Below, one piece after another: positions 43,699 to 52,492 of a DNA stretch of 57,135 bases. The notes below the pieces were generated by a model, which saw only the letters and a program-made list of their open reading frames with translations, searched no databases and had not been told where the DNA came from. The translations under genes were made by a program, and so were the position numbers. Position 1 is the first letter of the stretch. Each line of letters opens with the position of its first letter. The DNA is from a virus. Lineage: Duplodnaviria; Caudoviricetes. The stretch spans positions 1 through 57,135 of the IMG/VR virus record IMGVR_UViG_3300035180_004116. One strand, given 5' to 3'.

Positions 43699-44304
43699 AT
43701 GACCACCACGTATGCACAGCTCACCCTCGTGAACCCGACCGTCAACCAGATCTCGATCTCGCCGCTGGCTGACGATAAGGGCCAACCACGTCTGTGGCTC
43801 AACCTCACGTCTGAAGAACTCCTGACCATCGCCCAGACGGGCAACACCGACGCGGTCGATATCCTGAAGCTGCGCTGGAACAAGAAGGTCGGCGCCGGCA
43901 AGAAGCCCAGCTTCGGCGCCCAGTCGGCCCTCGCCAAGCTCGGCATCGTTCCCGCCCGCGAATCGGCCATCGACAAGAAGCTGGCCGCTGTCGCTCCAGC
44001 GATCGACGCCATCAAGAACGCGGCCAAGGAAGCCGAGACCAAGCCGACCAAGACGACCGAAGACTACATCGCGCTCGGCCAGTCCAAGGGTATCGAATTC
44101 GTCCTGAACGCCCTGGCCAAGGCCAGGGCTGCCAAGTCTCCCAACCCGGCCACCGTGGCCAAGCTCGAAGGCGCCGTCAACTTCCTCACCTTCAACCCGA
44201 CCAAGCCCGCGCCGACCAAGCCATCGGCCGACGTGTCCAACCTGGCCAAGGCCCTGAAGGCCAGCGGCGTCGATGTCCAGGCGCTGATCAACGCCCTCCG
44301 CTAA
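43699..44304 (+). CDS. Early Lys/Ala-rich hypothetical protein
   Basis: ACATGGAGAC RBS; strongly biased codon use. Confidence 0.8.
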   Translation: MTTTYAQLTLVNPTVNQISISPLADDKGQPRLWLNLTSEELLTIAQTGNTDAVDILKLRWNKKVGAGKKPSFGAQSALAKLGIVPARESAIDKKLAAVAPAIDAIKNAAKEAETKPTKTTEDYIALGQSKGIEFVLNALAKARAAKSPNPATVAKLEGAVNFLTFNPTKPAPTKPSADVSNLAKALKASGVDVQALINALR

Positions 44305-44359
44305 CCGACCAGCCAGGCCAGGCGCAGACGGCGCCTGGTCGCCTGGCGTCTGATAGACG

Positions 44360-44389
44360 TTGACAACGAAAGTTGTCACAGGTAATCAT
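44360..44389 (+). promoter_or_regulatory. Sigma70-like promoter overlapped by a palindromic operator
   Basis: TTGACA-N17-TAATCA; TGACAAC-gaaa-GTTGTCA at 44361-44378. Confidence 0.7.
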
Positions 44390-44416
44390 CGAAAGACGCC
44401 TACGGAGACCCCTACC

Positions 44417-44674
44417 ATGACAACTCATCATTTCGGGTATCTGACCCACCAATCCATCACCGCCAACCGCGCTCTCGCCGACCGTCTGCCGAACGGCAAA
44501 CGTTTCGGCATCCCCTCGATCTCCAAGCGTCTCTCGCACCGCGCCGCCAAGGCGCTGATCGCCAAGATCGAGCTCACGCCCCAGGCGATCGACCCAACCC
44601 GGACCCTTCTGGTCCAGATCAACGGCATCCCGACGCCCATCAAGCTGGGCGCCCATGTCGACATCATCAGCTAA
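44417..44674 (+). CDS. Early hypothetical protein
   Basis: ACGGAGAC RBS. Confidence 0.7.
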   Translation: MTTHHFGYLTHQSITANRALADRLPNGKRFGIPSISKRLSHRAAKALIAKIELTPQAIDPTRTLLVQINGIPTPIKLGAHVDIIS

Positions 44675-44685
44675 CGGAGACTCAT

Positions 44686-45531
44686 ATGACCAAGCCCACC
44701 AAGCTCACCGACCCGATCCGCCGTGCCATCATGGATCTGGCGGTTACTCGTCTCGACGACCATTCGCTCGTCGCCGCCGAACTGGCCGCCGTCGAAGCCG
44801 TCCGCATCAAGCTGCCGCAAATCCTAGCCATTCCCGCCAAAGACCTGAAGGTGCTGGAGCGCCACTGCACCATCGCCAGCTCGACGAGCCTCGAAATCCA
44901 GACCGGCAACTACTACGGCGACAACAACAGTCCCAGCAACATCGCCGAATACGAGAACGAGCGGAGACATCCGCTCTTCGTGCCGCTCTCAATCACCGGC
45001 TACGCCGTCAACAAATCACGAACCAAATGGTACACGCCAACCATCTTTGAGATGCAGCCGCACAACATCAACAAGCTGATCCAGCCGGACAACCATGTCC
45101 TGCGCTTCAAACAGCCTGTCCGCTTTCTCGCTCATGCGCGTAGTCATCGGAATGACGTTCTCACTTTGGCGCGCTACACCAAGGAGGGCACGCAGCACGG
45201 CTGGTTAAATAACCATGGCTTCGGCATCGCCGAGAAGCTACCCGCCGAGGCCAACGCTTTGCTCAACGACATGATCGCCGCCGGCATGACTCGCCTCCGT
45301 GCCAAGGTCGCCCTGATCCGGGCCATCGCCGACATCAGCAAGAACAGCAAGACCCTCGAAGACGTCGAAGCCGTGTGGCCAGACGCCGCCGAGGTGCGCA
45401 GCGGCATCATCAAGAACCTGCCGGCCCTGCTGCCAACCACCAAGGCGAGCATCGAGCTGATCAAGAATCATCTCGCTGCCGCCAAGCCGGCCACCAAGAC
45501 CGCGACCAAGGCCACCAAGAAGGTCGCCTAA
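44686..45531 (+). CDS. Nmad5-like protein (nucleotide-modification-associated domain 5)
   Basis: N-terminal KLT..IR..I and C-terminal TLEDVEAVWPDA...LP resemble the family pattern as recalled. Confidence 0.5.
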   Translation: MTKPTKLTDPIRRAIMDLAVTRLDDHSLVAAELAAVEAVRIKLPQILAIPAKDLKVLERHCTIASSTSLEIQTGNYYGDNNSPSNIAEYENERRHPLFVPLSITGYAVNKSRTKWYTPTIFEMQPHNINKLIQPDNHVLRFKQPVRFLAHARSHRNDVLTLARYTKEGTQHGWLNNHGFGIAEKLPAEANALLNDMIAAGMTRLRAKVALIRAIADISKNSKTLEDVEAVWPDAAEVRSGIIKNLPALLPTTKASIELIKNHLAAAKPATKTATKATKKVA

Positions 45532-45542
45532 GAAGGACCACC

Positions 45543-45629
45543 ATGACTGCATACACCACCGCCATCAGCAAGTTGATGGCCAAATTCACCAAGCCCAGAG
45601 AACAGGAGAACAGCCCATGCTTAGCCTAA
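45543..45629 (+). CDS. Small peptide (28 aa)
   Basis: AAGGA RBS; fills the gap between neighbours. Confidence 0.4.
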   Translation: MTAYTTAISKLMAKFTKPREQENSPCLA

Positions 45630-46207
45630 TCGACATCGTCAATGCGTGCAGCGTCGACGCAGTCGTCACGCGCATCGAAGCTCTCGTCGCCGAGATCGTC
45701 GCCAAGGGCGGCATCGTTACCGGCGATCACCAGACCAGGCGCATGGTCGAGTCCTTCGTCGAGATCGTTAGAAAACAGACGCCGCTCCCGCACAAGATCG
45801 AAGATGGCGACCACATCCGCATGTTCAGCCACACCTGCAAGACGCATGGCCAACACAACGTCGTGACGCTCTGCGACAAGGACGGCATCGACTACGAGCT
45901 GAGCAACGTTCCGTCCGCCTTTCTCTGGGCGCTCCCCCTCAAGCTCGATGGTGAGTTTACACCCGACGACGTCGTCTTCGCCATCATCGAAGAATACGCC
46001 GGGTCAGTAGCGCACCGGCAGAATTCGGAGATGAACGCTGCCATGCAGCTTGCCCAGCAGATCCTGGCCGGCATGCCGGGAGACGCCAGCGTCAGCGACC
46101 TCAAACTCCAGCGCATCGGCGCCGAGCAATTGCGGGAACTGCTCGGTGATGACCCGATCGAGACCCTGGACAGGCTGGCCAACGCCAACAAGCCCACGGT
46201 CCACTAA
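45617..46207 (+). CDS. Early hypothetical protein
   Basis: AGGAG RBS; 196-aa ORF. Confidence 0.75.
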   Translation: MLSLIDIVNACSVDAVVTRIEALVAEIVAKGGIVTGDHQTRRMVESFVEIVRKQTPLPHKIEDGDHIRMFSHTCKTHGQHNVVTLCDKDGIDYELSNVPSAFLWALPLKLDGEFTPDDVVFAIIEEYAGSVAHRQNSEMNAAMQLAQQILAGMPGDASVSDLKLQRIGAEQLRELLGDDPIETLDRLANANKPTVH

Positions 46208-46209
46208 CC

Positions 46210-46449
46210 ATGGCTGACATCGAGGAGGTGATGGCTGCCATTACGGCGGCCGTCGCACCTACTCCAGAAACCGAAGAGCCGCCACCTCCGCCGCCACCTC
46301 CCGGCGAAGGGGCCTCTTCATTCTTTGGGCCACCGCCTGCGCCGCCGATCCCCGTATCGGAGGACATGGACGACCCAGACACTCCGCTCAAGGCACCAAC
46401 CGAAGTCATCGTCACCGACGAAGACTGGGACTTCAGCGAGGAAGCATGA
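46210..46449 (+). CDS. Acidic polyproline protein (79 aa)
   Basis: Starts 2 nt after the upstream stop; ATGA overlap with the next gene. Confidence 0.65.
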   Translation: MADIEEVMAAITAAVAPTPETEEPPPPPPPPGEGASSFFGPPPAPPIPVSEDMDDPDTPLKAPTEVIVTDEDWDFSEEA

Positions 46450-46670
46450 TCCGCATCCCCAACCTCAAGACATACATCAAATCGATCGTCAAAAGCCCGC
46501 CGCCGATCATCGATCTGGTGCCGGTCCCGATCCAACCGACCAAGCGCAAGCCGCTTGGTCCCAAGCAGATCGAGTGGCTCCGCAAGATCCCGTCATTCGA
46601 CGAACTGCGGTCAATCACTGAGCGCGTGCAGAAGGAGGGCGAAGCCACCCGCTCCAACGCTAACACCTAA
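46446..46670 (+). CDS. Small basic hypothetical protein
   Basis: GAGG RBS; coupled ORF. Confidence 0.6.
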   Translation: MIRIPNLKTYIKSIVKSPPPIIDLVPVPIQPTKRKPLGPKQIEWLRKIPSFDELRSITERVQKEGEATRSNANT

Positions 46671-46687
46671 CACGGAGACTAAGACTG

Positions 46688-48517
46688 ATGGCTACAACCA
46701 TTGACCCGTATGCAGCGGGTATTCTCCAGGTGATCCTCGACGCCTGGAACCAGAAGTCATACGAGGACCGGCGCAACAAACTCAAAGCCTGCATCACCGG
46801 CTTGGGCAAGGTCGTGCCGCTCACCTACGAGGCATTCGAAAAGCCCATCGTCGAAGCACTCTCGGCGTCTGGCACGACTGTCCCTAAAGCATTGCGGTCG
46901 TTCTGCGACCGCAACAACCGCCCCGAACTGCTGATGTGCATTGCCGGGTCGATCGCATTCGGTGCATTTGGCATCCACAACAGCGAACAGCTTGAATCGT
47001 CTATCTCCTGCCTGACAAGGGCCATCAAGGGGAGAGCGCCATGCGACAACGACCGTACCGGCAAGCCGATCTTCGGCCAGCCGATCAACACGAAGGGGTG
47101 GGCAAAGGCGATCGTCGATAAGATCGAAGTAGAGCTGACCCACCACACCCTCACCACCGGCCAACACATCGAAATCCCACCCGAGATGGGCGGTGCCATC
47201 ACCATCACCACTGTCGAACCAACAACGGAGACCAACGCCATGACCAATACCGCCACTGCCACGACCGAAGCCGTCATTGCTCCGGGCTTTGCCGACGCCA
47301 TCAACAGCCTGCTCAAGACCGCCACGGGCGGCAAGGTCGAGAGCATTACAGAAGTCCTCGAAAGCGTTGGCGTCCTGGCCAATGCCAACGACCGTCTGGC
47401 TGCTGCCACCAAGGCGGCGGAGGCCGAGATCATCAGCCTGAAGACCCGCCTCTCCACCGCTGCCGTGCCGACCACTGGTACGGTGGCCACGGTCGATGCC
47501 AAGACCCTGACCTACAGCGTCACGATGCAGCGAGCCGGCGACGTCTTCCTAGATCCCAAGGGCAAGCCGACCCCCGGCCTCGACATGATGATCCCGACCT
47601 TCACCTGGACCGATGACAGCGGCACGATCGTCGCCCATCCCAACGTGGCCACCCGCCACAGCGAAGGCGGCGAATTGGATGATCACTACCGCCCGGACAT
47701 CAAGATCCTGGTGAAGATGTTGCTCACTCTCTCGAACGGCAACAACGTCTGGGGCTACGGCATGCCTGGCACCGGTAAGACACAATGCGTCTACTACATC
47801 AGCCAGGTGCTTGGCTGGCCGGTGATCCGCGTCAACCTGGACAGCAGCATCGAGCCGTTCCAACTCATCGGCAGCACACAGATCATCAGCGATGGCGCGG
47901 GCGGCACCATCACCAAGTTCGTCGAGGGGATCATCCCGCAGGCTCTCCAGATGCCCTGCCTCATCCTCCTGGACGAGAACGACTACGGCAAATCGGAAGT
48001 GCTCTATGCCCTTCAGCGCCCGCTGGAAGGCCAGGGCAAGGGGATGATCCTGCCGGAGGATGGCGGCCGGGTGATCAAGCCGAACCCCTATGTCCGCTTC
48101 ATTGCCACCGGCAACACCCGTGGGCAGGGCGACGAGGTCGGCTGCTTCCCCGGCGTGCGGACGCAGTCCAGCGCCTACCTCAATCGCTTCACATCCTTCA
48201 TCGAGTTCAACTACATGGGCAAGGTACAGGAGAAGAAGCTGTTGCTTGATCAGGCACCAGGCCTGCCGGAAGACACCGCGGAAGCCCTCTCCATCTTCGC
48301 CCTGAAGGTGCGTGAAGCAGTGGTCAAGGGCGAGATCCTGTTCTTCGTGACGCCTCGTAACCTGATCCCCTGCGCCAAGTATGCGGTGCAGCTTACCCCA
48401 TCAGCAAGCTCTCCGAAGGAGGCTCTGCTGCTGGCGATGGAGATGACCATCTTCGACGCGGCCAGCAACATGGATCGGCAGAAGCTGCGCCAGATCGCCG
48501 ACGCCGTCTTCAAGTAA
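46688..48517 (+). CDS. MoxR-class AAA+ ATPase (CbbQ/NirQ/NorQ/CobS-like) with long N-terminal extension
   Basis: GMPGTGKT, LILLDEND, ATGNTRGQGD, YLNRF, TPRNL. Confidence 0.9.
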   Translation: MATTIDPYAAGILQVILDAWNQKSYEDRRNKLKACITGLGKVVPLTYEAFEKPIVEALSASGTTVPKALRSFCDRNNRPELLMCIAGSIAFGAFGIHNSEQLESSISCLTRAIKGRAPCDNDRTGKPIFGQPINTKGWAKAIVDKIEVELTHHTLTTGQHIEIPPEMGGAITITTVEPTTETNAMTNTATATTEAVIAPGFADAINSLLKTATGGKVESITEVLESVGVLANANDRLAAATKAAEAEIISLKTRLSTAAVPTTGTVATVDAKTLTYSVTMQRAGDVFLDPKGKPTPGLDMMIPTFTWTDDSGTIVAHPNVATRHSEGGELDDHYRPDIKILVKMLLTLSNGNNVWGYGMPGTGKTQCVYYISQVLGWPVIRVNLDSSIEPFQLIGSTQIISDGAGGTITKFVEGIIPQALQMPCLILLDENDYGKSEVLYALQRPLEGQGKGMILPEDGGRVIKPNPYVRFIATGNTRGQGDEVGCFPGVRTQSSAYLNRFTSFIEFNYMGKVQEKKLLLDQAPGLPEDTAEALSIFALKVREAVVKGEILFFVTPRNLIPCAKYAVQLTPSASSPKEALLLAMEMTIFDAASNMDRQKLRQIADAVFK

Positions 48518-48564
48518 ATCACGCAGAAAGTAAATCACGCAGACGCCGCCCCTTCGGGGGCGGC
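48512..48564 (+). repeat. 16-bp tandem duplication plus UUCG hairpin
   Basis: AAGTAAATCACGCAGA x2, then GCCGCCCC-ttcg-GGGGCGGC. Confidence 0.85.
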
Positions 48565-48584
48565 ATAACATATGGAGAACGACG

Positions 48585-50570
48585 ATGATTGAAGGAACAC
48601 TCGCCCGTGAATATGAAGCTGGCTTGGCATCGACCATCAGGGTCCTTGCCGAGAAGTACAACGTCACTGTCCAGTTCGTTGGGCAGGCGATGGAAGCCAA
48701 GACCAGCAGCAACAACGTCATCCTCCCCAAGCTGCCCGATGACACCATCATCAGTGCGGCCGATGGCGAGATCATCAGTGGCTTCGGTCTGCATGAGATG
48801 GGCCACCAGATCATGACGGACATGAAGTATGGCGAAGAGTGGTTCAAGAAGAATTCACAGCGCGCCCGCTACCTGGCCAACGCACTGGAAGATGTCCGGC
48901 TGGAACGGGCGATCACCGAGATCCTGCCCGGCACCAAGCAGAAGATCGAGGCCACCGTCAACAAGGTGGCCGAGCATACCCTGTCCCAGATCAGACCGGG
49001 CGATTTAAAGGATATCAACAAGATCGGTCCGATCGCGATCACCTGGATGGGCCGCAAACGTCTGGGCTATGAGAGCGAGTATCTCGATAAGTGTTTGGAT
49101 GCCCTGCCCAAGGACATCAAGGACAGGATCAATCCCTGGCTCGACAAGCTGTGGGATATACCGACGGGAGTAAAGGGACTGGCGACCGTCGATCAGGCTG
49201 TTGCCTATCAGGGCAGCCGCCGAGTCATGGAGATGGCCAGCGAGTTCGAGAAGGAGGAGAAGAAGGAGAACAAGGGCAAGGGCGGCGGTGCTCCGGCCCC
49301 AGGAAAAGGCGGTGCGCCGGGCGGTACTGGTGCTGGACCAGATGGCAAGGGCCTGCCCGAACAGACGCTAGAGCAAGAGATTCTGGACACCATGGACCGG
49401 GGCAAGGGTGACGATACGGAAGAGGGGCATGAGGTGATCGACCCCAACCTGTCCAGCACGGTTAACCAGCTTGTCAATAAGCTTACCAAGGGCGCCGTCA
49501 CCGGCATGGGCGCCTTCCATGGCTACCGTCCATTCACCACAGCCTGGGATACCTGGAATGATCGGCACATGACCAATCCGTGGGTGCCGGGCGGGTGCCT
49601 TGCCTTTAGGCGCATCAAGCACTCCGATGGCCAAGCCATGTACACAGACCTCTCAGGCAAGCTGCGGGGAACCATCTCGGTGATGCGCCGCAAGTTCGAG
49701 CGGTTGGTCGTCAGTCTAAACACGGCCGACTACGAGGGTGGCAAGCGCAATGGACGTCTGCATACACCACGTCTGAGCCGGGTGATGGTCGGTCATACGG
49801 ATGTGTTCAGGCACCGGGTCGAAGGCAAGCGCGTCAACACGGCGGCCACCCTGCTGGTGGATCTGAGCGGGTCGATGAATGGCGGGGTGCAGGACGACCA
49901 TGTTATTGGACTTCGGGTCAGCAAGGTGAAGATGGCGCAGCTTGCGGCCATCGCCTTGGCTGAGACGCTAGAGAATTGCGGCGTGGCGGTCGAGGTGTTG
50001 GGGTTCAATGCCACCGGTACTCATGACCCGTCGTGGTCGCAGGCAATAAACGCTGCCTGCGCGGCAGACGCCAACCTCCGCCTTAAGTTCGATCGGTTTG
50101 CACCGGTCGATATGCACATCTTCAAGGCGTTCGATGAGAGTGTAAGACAGGCGCAGACGGCGCTCGGCAATATTGCCAGGTGCGTTGATGGCAACAACCC
50201 GGACGGGGAGTCTATCCTGTATGCGGCTGACCGTCTGTTGAAGAGGGAGGAGCCGAAGAAGATCCTCATGGTCCTGAGCGATGGTCAGCCGGCTTACAAT
50301 CATGGCCACATGACCAACGTGCATCAGCACACAAGGGACTGTGTGCAGTGGTGCATCCAACAGAAGATCCACACGGTTGGCATCGGCATCATGAGCGATG
50401 CGGTGCAGCAATACTACCCGAAGTATGTGGTGCTCAAATCCATCTCCGAACTGCCTGGTCAGGTGATGGAGCAGATCAGCTCGCTGATCCTGGGTGACCG
50501 GGTGATCCTCGATAACTCCAAACTTCTTGCCAGCAATGTCCAGCAAGCCAAAGCGGCGCGGCCCGCCTAA
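48585..50570 (+). CDS. CobT/NorD-like protein: metallopeptidase-like N-domain plus vWA domain
   Basis: HEMGH...NALEDVRLE; MIDAS DLSGSM, VLSDGQP, VGIGI. Confidence 0.88.
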   Translation: MIEGTLAREYEAGLASTIRVLAEKYNVTVQFVGQAMEAKTSSNNVILPKLPDDTIISAADGEIISGFGLHEMGHQIMTDMKYGEEWFKKNSQRARYLANALEDVRLERAITEILPGTKQKIEATVNKVAEHTLSQIRPGDLKDINKIGPIAITWMGRKRLGYESEYLDKCLDALPKDIKDRINPWLDKLWDIPTGVKGLATVDQAVAYQGSRRVMEMASEFEKEEKKENKGKGGGAPAPGKGGAPGGTGAGPDGKGLPEQTLEQEILDTMDRGKGDDTEEGHEVIDPNLSSTVNQLVNKLTKGAVTGMGAFHGYRPFTTAWDTWNDRHMTNPWVPGGCLAFRRIKHSDGQAMYTDLSGKLRGTISVMRRKFERLVVSLNTADYEGGKRNGRLHTPRLSRVMVGHTDVFRHRVEGKRVNTAATLLVDLSGSMNGGVQDDHVIGLRVSKVKMAQLAAIALAETLENCGVAVEVLGFNATGTHDPSWSQAINAACAADANLRLKFDRFAPVDMHIFKAFDESVRQAQTALGNIARCVDGNNPDGESILYAADRLLKREEPKKILMVLSDGQPAYNHGHMTNVHQHTRDCVQWCIQQKIHTVGIGIMSDAVQQYYPKYVVLKSISELPGQVMEQISSLILGDRVILDNSKLLASNVQQAKAARPA

Positions 50571-50764
50571 GGCTCGGATTCATCGGCGGTGGTTCAGCTT
50601 GGCGCCGGGACACAGCATGACCTTCTGGTCGCATGTGGCCACGGTCGCCAAGCGGGAACACGTCAGGCCGAATGATATCCGGGGCATCGCTGCCATCGTT
50701 GGACGATTGGCACATAAGATGCAGTAACTACTTTGATAACGTCTGTTCAAACACGGAGAACATT

Positions 50765-51283
50765 ATGAGCAACGACACCAAGAAGCAGATCCAGGACCTG
50801 GCCAACAACGAACTGAAGAACCTCGGCCTCGGCAAGGAAGAACCGAAGCCAACCTACAGTGGCTACTCCACCTACAACTATGCGCGGAGCGGCACCGGCT
50901 ACGGCCGCAGCTATGGCCGGGGCGAAGATTACTTCGACCATCTGGACCGGCCGCGGCGCTTCGAGCCGATCAGCAAGGTCGAGCCGCTGACGACGCCGCG
51001 TCGCACCTACCTGAAGAGCGAGACAGAGGCACGGCTTGAAGGCTGGCGTGACCGGCAGCGCCCGAGTGGTGGCCACCTCATGATCACCAATGAGGAGTTC
51101 CAGGTCGTGCAAGAGGAACTGCACATGGCCATGGGCGATCTGTTGGAGCGGGCTGGCTTTACGTGGCGGACGCTCGGCAGCAATGGGCTGAAGGCTGCCA
51201 TCCGGCAGGCAATCGAGACGGCGTTCTTCGTCGAGCCACTGAGCGGCGAAATGTCAGACGTCGCGATTGAAGAGACGAAGTAA
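50765..51283 (+). CDS. Hypothetical protein with Tyr/Gly-rich segment
   Basis: ACACGGAGAA RBS; TTGGCA-N16-TACTTT promoter-like site at 50707-50734. Confidence 0.75.
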   Translation: MSNDTKKQIQDLANNELKNLGLGKEEPKPTYSGYSTYNYARSGTGYGRSYGRGEDYFDHLDRPRRFEPISKVEPLTTPRRTYLKSETEARLEGWRDRQRPSGGHLMITNEEFQVVQEELHMAMGDLLERAGFTWRTLGSNGLKAAIRQAIETAFFVEPLSGEMSDVAIEETK

Positions 51284-51307
51284 CCACTAACCTCACGGAG
51301 ACCGACC

Positions 51308-51430
51308 ATGAAGATGACCAAGAAAGCAGCGAAGGCCCTGGAGGGGTCGATCGATAAGTGGCAGACGATTGTTAATGAAAGGGGGGCATCTAACTTCCTG
51401 AAGGCTCTGCGGCCGGAGGTGCGGTCATGA
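51308..51430 (+). CDS. Small protein (40 aa), possibly an internally deleted remnant
   Basis: CACGGAGAC RBS; MKMTKKAAKALEGSIDKW; ATGA-coupled to the next gene. Confidence 0.55.
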   Translation: MKMTKKAAKALEGSIDKWQTIVNERGASNFLKALRPEVRS

Positions 51431-51804
51431 GCGAGGAGATGAAGTTCAAGACCGGGTCGTTCTATGTGACGAGCAGCCTGATCGAGGCGGTCCAGCCGGC
51501 GGCGGACGATACGGCGGAGGTGAATGATCTTAAGCATGAGATCGGGGAATGGGTCGCCGACTGCATGAAGCGGCATGTCACGGGCGATTGGGGTGACGCC
51601 AGTGACAATGACAAGGCGGCGAACGATGCGGCTTTGGTGGATGGTGGGCGCATCCTGTCGAGCTATAGGGCGCCGGAGAAAGCTGCCGCGTTCTTCGAGG
51701 GCAAGGGCTGCGACACCAGCATCTGGATCGTGACCGAGGCGGCATCGATTGATGGTGAAGAGGACGGCCGGGTCACCACCATCCTTTTCCCGTCTGACTA
51801 TTGA
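51427..51804 (+). CDS. Conserved plasmid/phage protein with RH..GDWG motif
   Basis: RHVTGDWGD...N..AL..G.RILSSY...IWIVTE...TTILFPSDY. Confidence 0.8.
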   Translation: MSEEMKFKTGSFYVTSSLIEAVQPAADDTAEVNDLKHEIGEWVADCMKRHVTGDWGDASDNDKAANDAALVDGGRILSSYRAPEKAAAFFEGKGCDTSIWIVTEAASIDGEEDGRVTTILFPSDY

Positions 51805-51816
51805 GGGGAAATCAGC

Positions 51817-52005
51817 ATGTTCAAGATCTTCCGTCTGGCTCACAAGCACAACACCGTCATGACGTTCGAGACGAATGGGGCGAGCCAGGAATTCCGGCTG
51901 AGGGATGAGAAGTCGTGGCTCTTCTTCTTATTCGGACGGTGTTGGTACATCAACGTTGGCAGGCCGTACCGGGTGTGGGGAGGCGGCGATGCAGCAGGCG
52001 TTTGA
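51817..52005 (+). CDS. Small hypothetical protein
   Basis: GAGGGG RBS. Confidence 0.5.
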   Translation: MFKIFRLAHKHNTVMTFETNGASQEFRLRDEKSWLFFLFGRCWYINVGRPYRVWGGGDAAGV

Positions 52006-52330
52006 AGCCTTTGATCGGAGCCACCCCGAAGTCTACGAGGCGATCAAGCGGTACGCCTTTCAGGCTGTGGCGGCTGGGCGCAAGAGGATCGGCATCGCGC
52101 TGATCTTCGAGCGCATCAGGTGGTATCACACCATCGAGCTGAGCGATGGCGACTTCAAGCTCAACAACAACTTCCGGGCGTTCTATGCGCGGAAGTTTGC
52201 CAAGGAGTTCCCGCAACATGCGGGACTCTTCAGCATGCGGAGCAGCGAGGCTGATGCGCCGCAGGCGGGGCGGCTTGCGGATGCCGGGTTGGCCACGTTC
52301 ATTCGGGACATGGAGAGGAGGGCGTCATGA
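51989..52330 (+). CDS. Conserved phage hypothetical protein
   Basis: HPEVY...ERIRW...FKLNNNFRAFYAR...P..AGLF..R pattern; GGAGG RBS. Confidence 0.75.
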   Translation: MQQAFEAFDRSHPEVYEAIKRYAFQAVAAGRKRIGIALIFERIRWYHTIELSDGDFKLNNNFRAFYARKFAKEFPQHAGLFSMRSSEADAPQAGRLADAGLATFIRDMERRAS

Positions 52331-52485
52331 GCAAGAGCGCACTGATCTTCATTATCTCCGTGATCTGGGTAATCCACCAGAACAAATACTTTGGATGGAA
52401 CCTTGAGCCGAAGTCAGACGCCGAGCTGCTGGCGGATGGCATCAGCTTCCTGATGGTGGCTCTGTCGTTTCTTGCAGGGGAGTGA
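52327..52485 (+). CDS. Small 2-TM membrane protein (52 aa)
   Basis: Read manually: MSKSALIFIISVIWVIHQNKYFGWNLEPKSDAELLADGI...; ATGA overlap. Confidence 0.65.
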   Translation: MSKSALIFIISVIWVIHQNKYFGWNLEPKSDAELLADGISFLMVALSFLAGE

Positions 52486-52492
52486 CCAACCA

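Noticed and set aside
46688-50570. cobS/cobT as cobalamin auxiliary metabolic genes
   Set aside because: No cobN or pathway context; motifs only support the generic MoxR AAA+/vWA class
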